Shown in pieces: positions 61,770-64,000 of a stretch of 64,000 bases of DNA. The notes below the pieces were generated by a model. That model was given only the letters and a program-made list of their open reading frames with translations, was not told where the DNA came from and searched no databases. The stretch's first letter is position 1, and every line of letters starts with the position of its first letter. Source of the stretch: Desulfatiglandales bacterium (GTDB lineage: Bacteria; Desulfobacterota; DSM-4660; Desulfatiglandales; Desulfatiglandaceae); contig OY762721.1 of assembly GCA_963666345.1 (NCBI GenBank), positions 4,098,109 to 4,162,108 on the forward strand, in the 5' to 3' direction. Made by a program: the position numbers and the translations under genes.

Positions 61770-62050
61770 TACCAAGCCTTTTGAAAGGTAAAAAGGGCGC
61801 TCCAAAACAGGTCTCATGTCAGTAAATAATTTCGGTCCGGGGGACCGTCTTTTATAACTTGCTAAGAAACCAGGGATTTCTATAATAAAACAATATCCCC
61901 CTGGACAATAACTATCTGTTCAAGGGTATTATGTCTTTCACCAAGGTTATAATATAATCAGTAAACAGAAATTTCAAAAGGGTTTGAACAAATATTTTTG
62001 ATTCACGCTGAAATCGCACACACATACGTTTCCTTTACCCTGTAATTGAT

Positions 62051-63346
62051 ATGAATGCCATTTTCCTGTTCATAGTGCTAATTTCATTTGCATTTGCCGG
62101 GTTGCGCCAATTTTTCTGGGATCAGGCAGCAGCCCAGGTATCTCCAATGCAGGAATTGACCAAAGCCATGCTGGAGTCGGCAGCGGGTTCGGTAGATCTT
62201 GCCATAGGGCTGGTCGGAATTATGGCCCTTTTCCTCGGACTCATGAAGGTGGCGGAGAAAGGAGGAATGCTGAAAATTATAGCGATGCTTATCAGACCCC
62301 TTATGATAAGACTCTTTCCTCAGATACCCCCTGAGCATCCTGCCATGGGTGCGATGATCTTAAATATGTCAGCTAATGCCATGGGCCTGGGAAATGCAGC
62401 AACCCCTTTCGGCATAAGGGCAATGCAGGAGCTTGACAAGCTGAATCCTACTCCGGGCACCGCGACAGATTCCATGGCCCTTTTTCTCGCCATAAACACA
62501 TCAAGTGTGACCCTTTTGCCGACGGGAGTAATTGCTTTGCGAGCGGCTGCCGGATCTAATGACCCTGCCGGTATACTGCCGACAACCCTTTTTGCCACGC
62601 TTTGTTCCACTGCTGTGGCGATTTTTGCAACCAAATTCTATGCCCGAATTTTATCCCGCAGACGTGGCGAGGTGTCAACATATAAGCGTGATAAAGTGTC
62701 GTTTTATTCAAAAGGAGATAAAAATGACGGCGTGGAAGCCGATGAAGCCTATCCGATATGGGTGAGCATACTTGCCTTGGGTATGCTGACCTGTTTGATT
62801 CCTGTTGCGATTGTTTTTGGTGAGCAACTTTCACCCTGGATAATACCGGGACTCATGGCCGGTTTCCTCGTGTTCGGCATACTGAAAAAGGTTGCCGTGT
62901 ACGAGACATTTGTAGAAGGTGCGAAAGAGGGCTTTCAGGTAGCCATAAAAATAATTCCGTATCTCGTGGCAATCCTGGTCGCTGTAGGCATGTTGAGGGC
63001 AAGCGGAGCAATGGGCTATATGATTGATTCGATAGGGGGTTTTACCCGGCATATGGGTATCCCTGCCGAAGCCCTGCCCATGGCGTTTCTTAGACCCTTA
63101 TCGGGCTCAGGTGCCTATGGCCTCTTGGCTTCGATAATAAATGACCCTTCAATTGGTCCTGACAGTTATGTGGGGTATCTGGTATCGACCCTTCAGGGAT
63201 CAACCGAAACGACCTTCTATGTGTTAGCGGTCTACTATGGTTCGATTCAGGTCAAAAGGATTAGGCATACTCTCGCAGCTGGCATTACAGGGGATGTGGC
63301 AGGCGTTATGGGAGCAGTTGCAGCCTGTCTTTTCCTTTACGGATGA
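62051..63346 (+). CDS. Fused SpmA/SpmB nucleoside-recognition (Gate) membrane protein
   Basis: N..GLGNAATPFG..AM.EL, INTSSV, FVEGAKEG, RPLSGSG, GSTETTFYV.AVYYG. Confidence 0.9.
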   Translation: MNAIFLFIVLISFAFAGLRQFFWDQAAAQVSPMQELTKAMLESAAGSVDLAIGLVGIMALFLGLMKVAEKGGMLKIIAMLIRPLMIRLFPQIPPEHPAMGAMILNMSANAMGLGNAATPFGIRAMQELDKLNPTPGTATDSMALFLAINTSSVTLLPTGVIALRAAAGSNDPAGILPTTLFATLCSTAVAIFATKFYARILSRRRGEVSTYKRDKVSFYSKGDKNDGVEADEAYPIWVSILALGMLTCLIPVAIVFGEQLSPWIIPGLMAGFLVFGILKKVAVYETFVEGAKEGFQVAIKIIPYLVAILVAVGMLRASGAMGYMIDSIGGFTRHMGIPAEALPMAFLRPLSGSGAYGLLASIINDPSIGPDSYVGYLVSTLQGSTETTFYVLAVYYGSIQVKRIRHTLAAGITGDVAGVMGAVAACLFLYG

Positions 63347-63705
63347 TGGCAAACTGTCATGGACCAAACTGGAGAGGCTTAGGCGGTGGAATTTGATCCA
63401 ACAGTTTGTACCAGGGGAATCTTTGCCGCTTTTTCAGGGTTAACCTGTTGGAGTTCGAGTTTAAGTCTAATTGCCAAGCAAGGGGTGATTGTGGCTTATC
63501 TGGAGGATGGATTTGGGGAGCCAATGATCATTTGACTCTGAAAAGTATTAGATATAGACTTTGTTTTAAAGGGCTTTTAACTAAACTGAAAAGAGGCTGT
63601 CTCCTTTCCGGGGAAAATCAGCTCGACTTCAGAGCGATATTTTTGGCTGGTTCTTCTTGGCATTAAATTTTTGGCCTTGACATTTAATCGACGGAAAAAA
63701 TCATC

Positions 63706-64000
63706 ATGAAATTAGGCAGCAGATTCCCATCTCTTAAGGAATTTCCGCTCAAGTCATACGCTTTGGAATTTTCAATGGACGGGCTTGTCTCCGGTGTGGA
63801 CAACTTCCGGATTGATGTCCATCTGAGTTCAGGATTTAAAAGGGCGGTAAGGAGCATTTCACTGCGGCTGATCGCGAGATGTTTGAAAGCCGAAGAGGTC
63901 CTTCCCAATGAGGAAGGTTCTTCCTGGGTTAGAGAAAAGGAGGAATTCCAGAGAGTTTACCGGTCAATTATGCTCGAATCGGTCAGCAGGACCAAATTGG
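63706..64000 (+). CDS. Hypothetical protein, partial (runs off the window)
   Basis: Open frame MKLGSRFPSLKEFPLKSY...GVDNFRIDVHLS... to the window end; TTGACA at 63677. Confidence 0.55.
   Translation, partial: MKLGSRFPSLKEFPLKSYALEFSMDGLVSGVDNFRIDVHLSSGFKRAVRSISLRLIARCLKAEEVLPNEEGSSWVREKEEFQRVYRSIMLESVSRTKL

Overview
This 64 kb window is chromosomal DNA from an anaerobic Gram-negative bacterium. Gene content and order resemble Desulfobacterota (deltaproteobacteria), which is an inference. Core blocks are yfcE-HIT-lapA-lapB-mutS-amidase, corC-lnt-(IS)-prfB with a programmed +1 frameshift, and tRNA-Gly(CCC)-rimP-nusA-ylxR-infB-DUF503-rbfA-truB-rpsO-pnp-M16-dut; trmL, rimO, recD2 and tsaA are also present. 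Accessory parts include an SCP2-thiolase/DUF35/FAD-oxidase operon, a TRAP dctQM pair without dctP, trpB2, a secreted DxDxDG-repeat protein upstream of exbB-exbD-tonB, a divergent two-subunit aconitase X, a sugar kinase/aldolase pair, three tnpA-only IS200-type elements (two near-identical) and gene remnants near 53.8-54.9 kb. The most striking unannotated signal is two complete tryptophan attenuators in tandem upstream of a stand-alone trpB2: leader ...CNWWWNSWWAS* with a terminator, then leader [18 protein letters not shown] with a second terminator. All product calls come from motif recognition by eye; no database searches were run. No CRISPR array, rRNA or prophage was seen.
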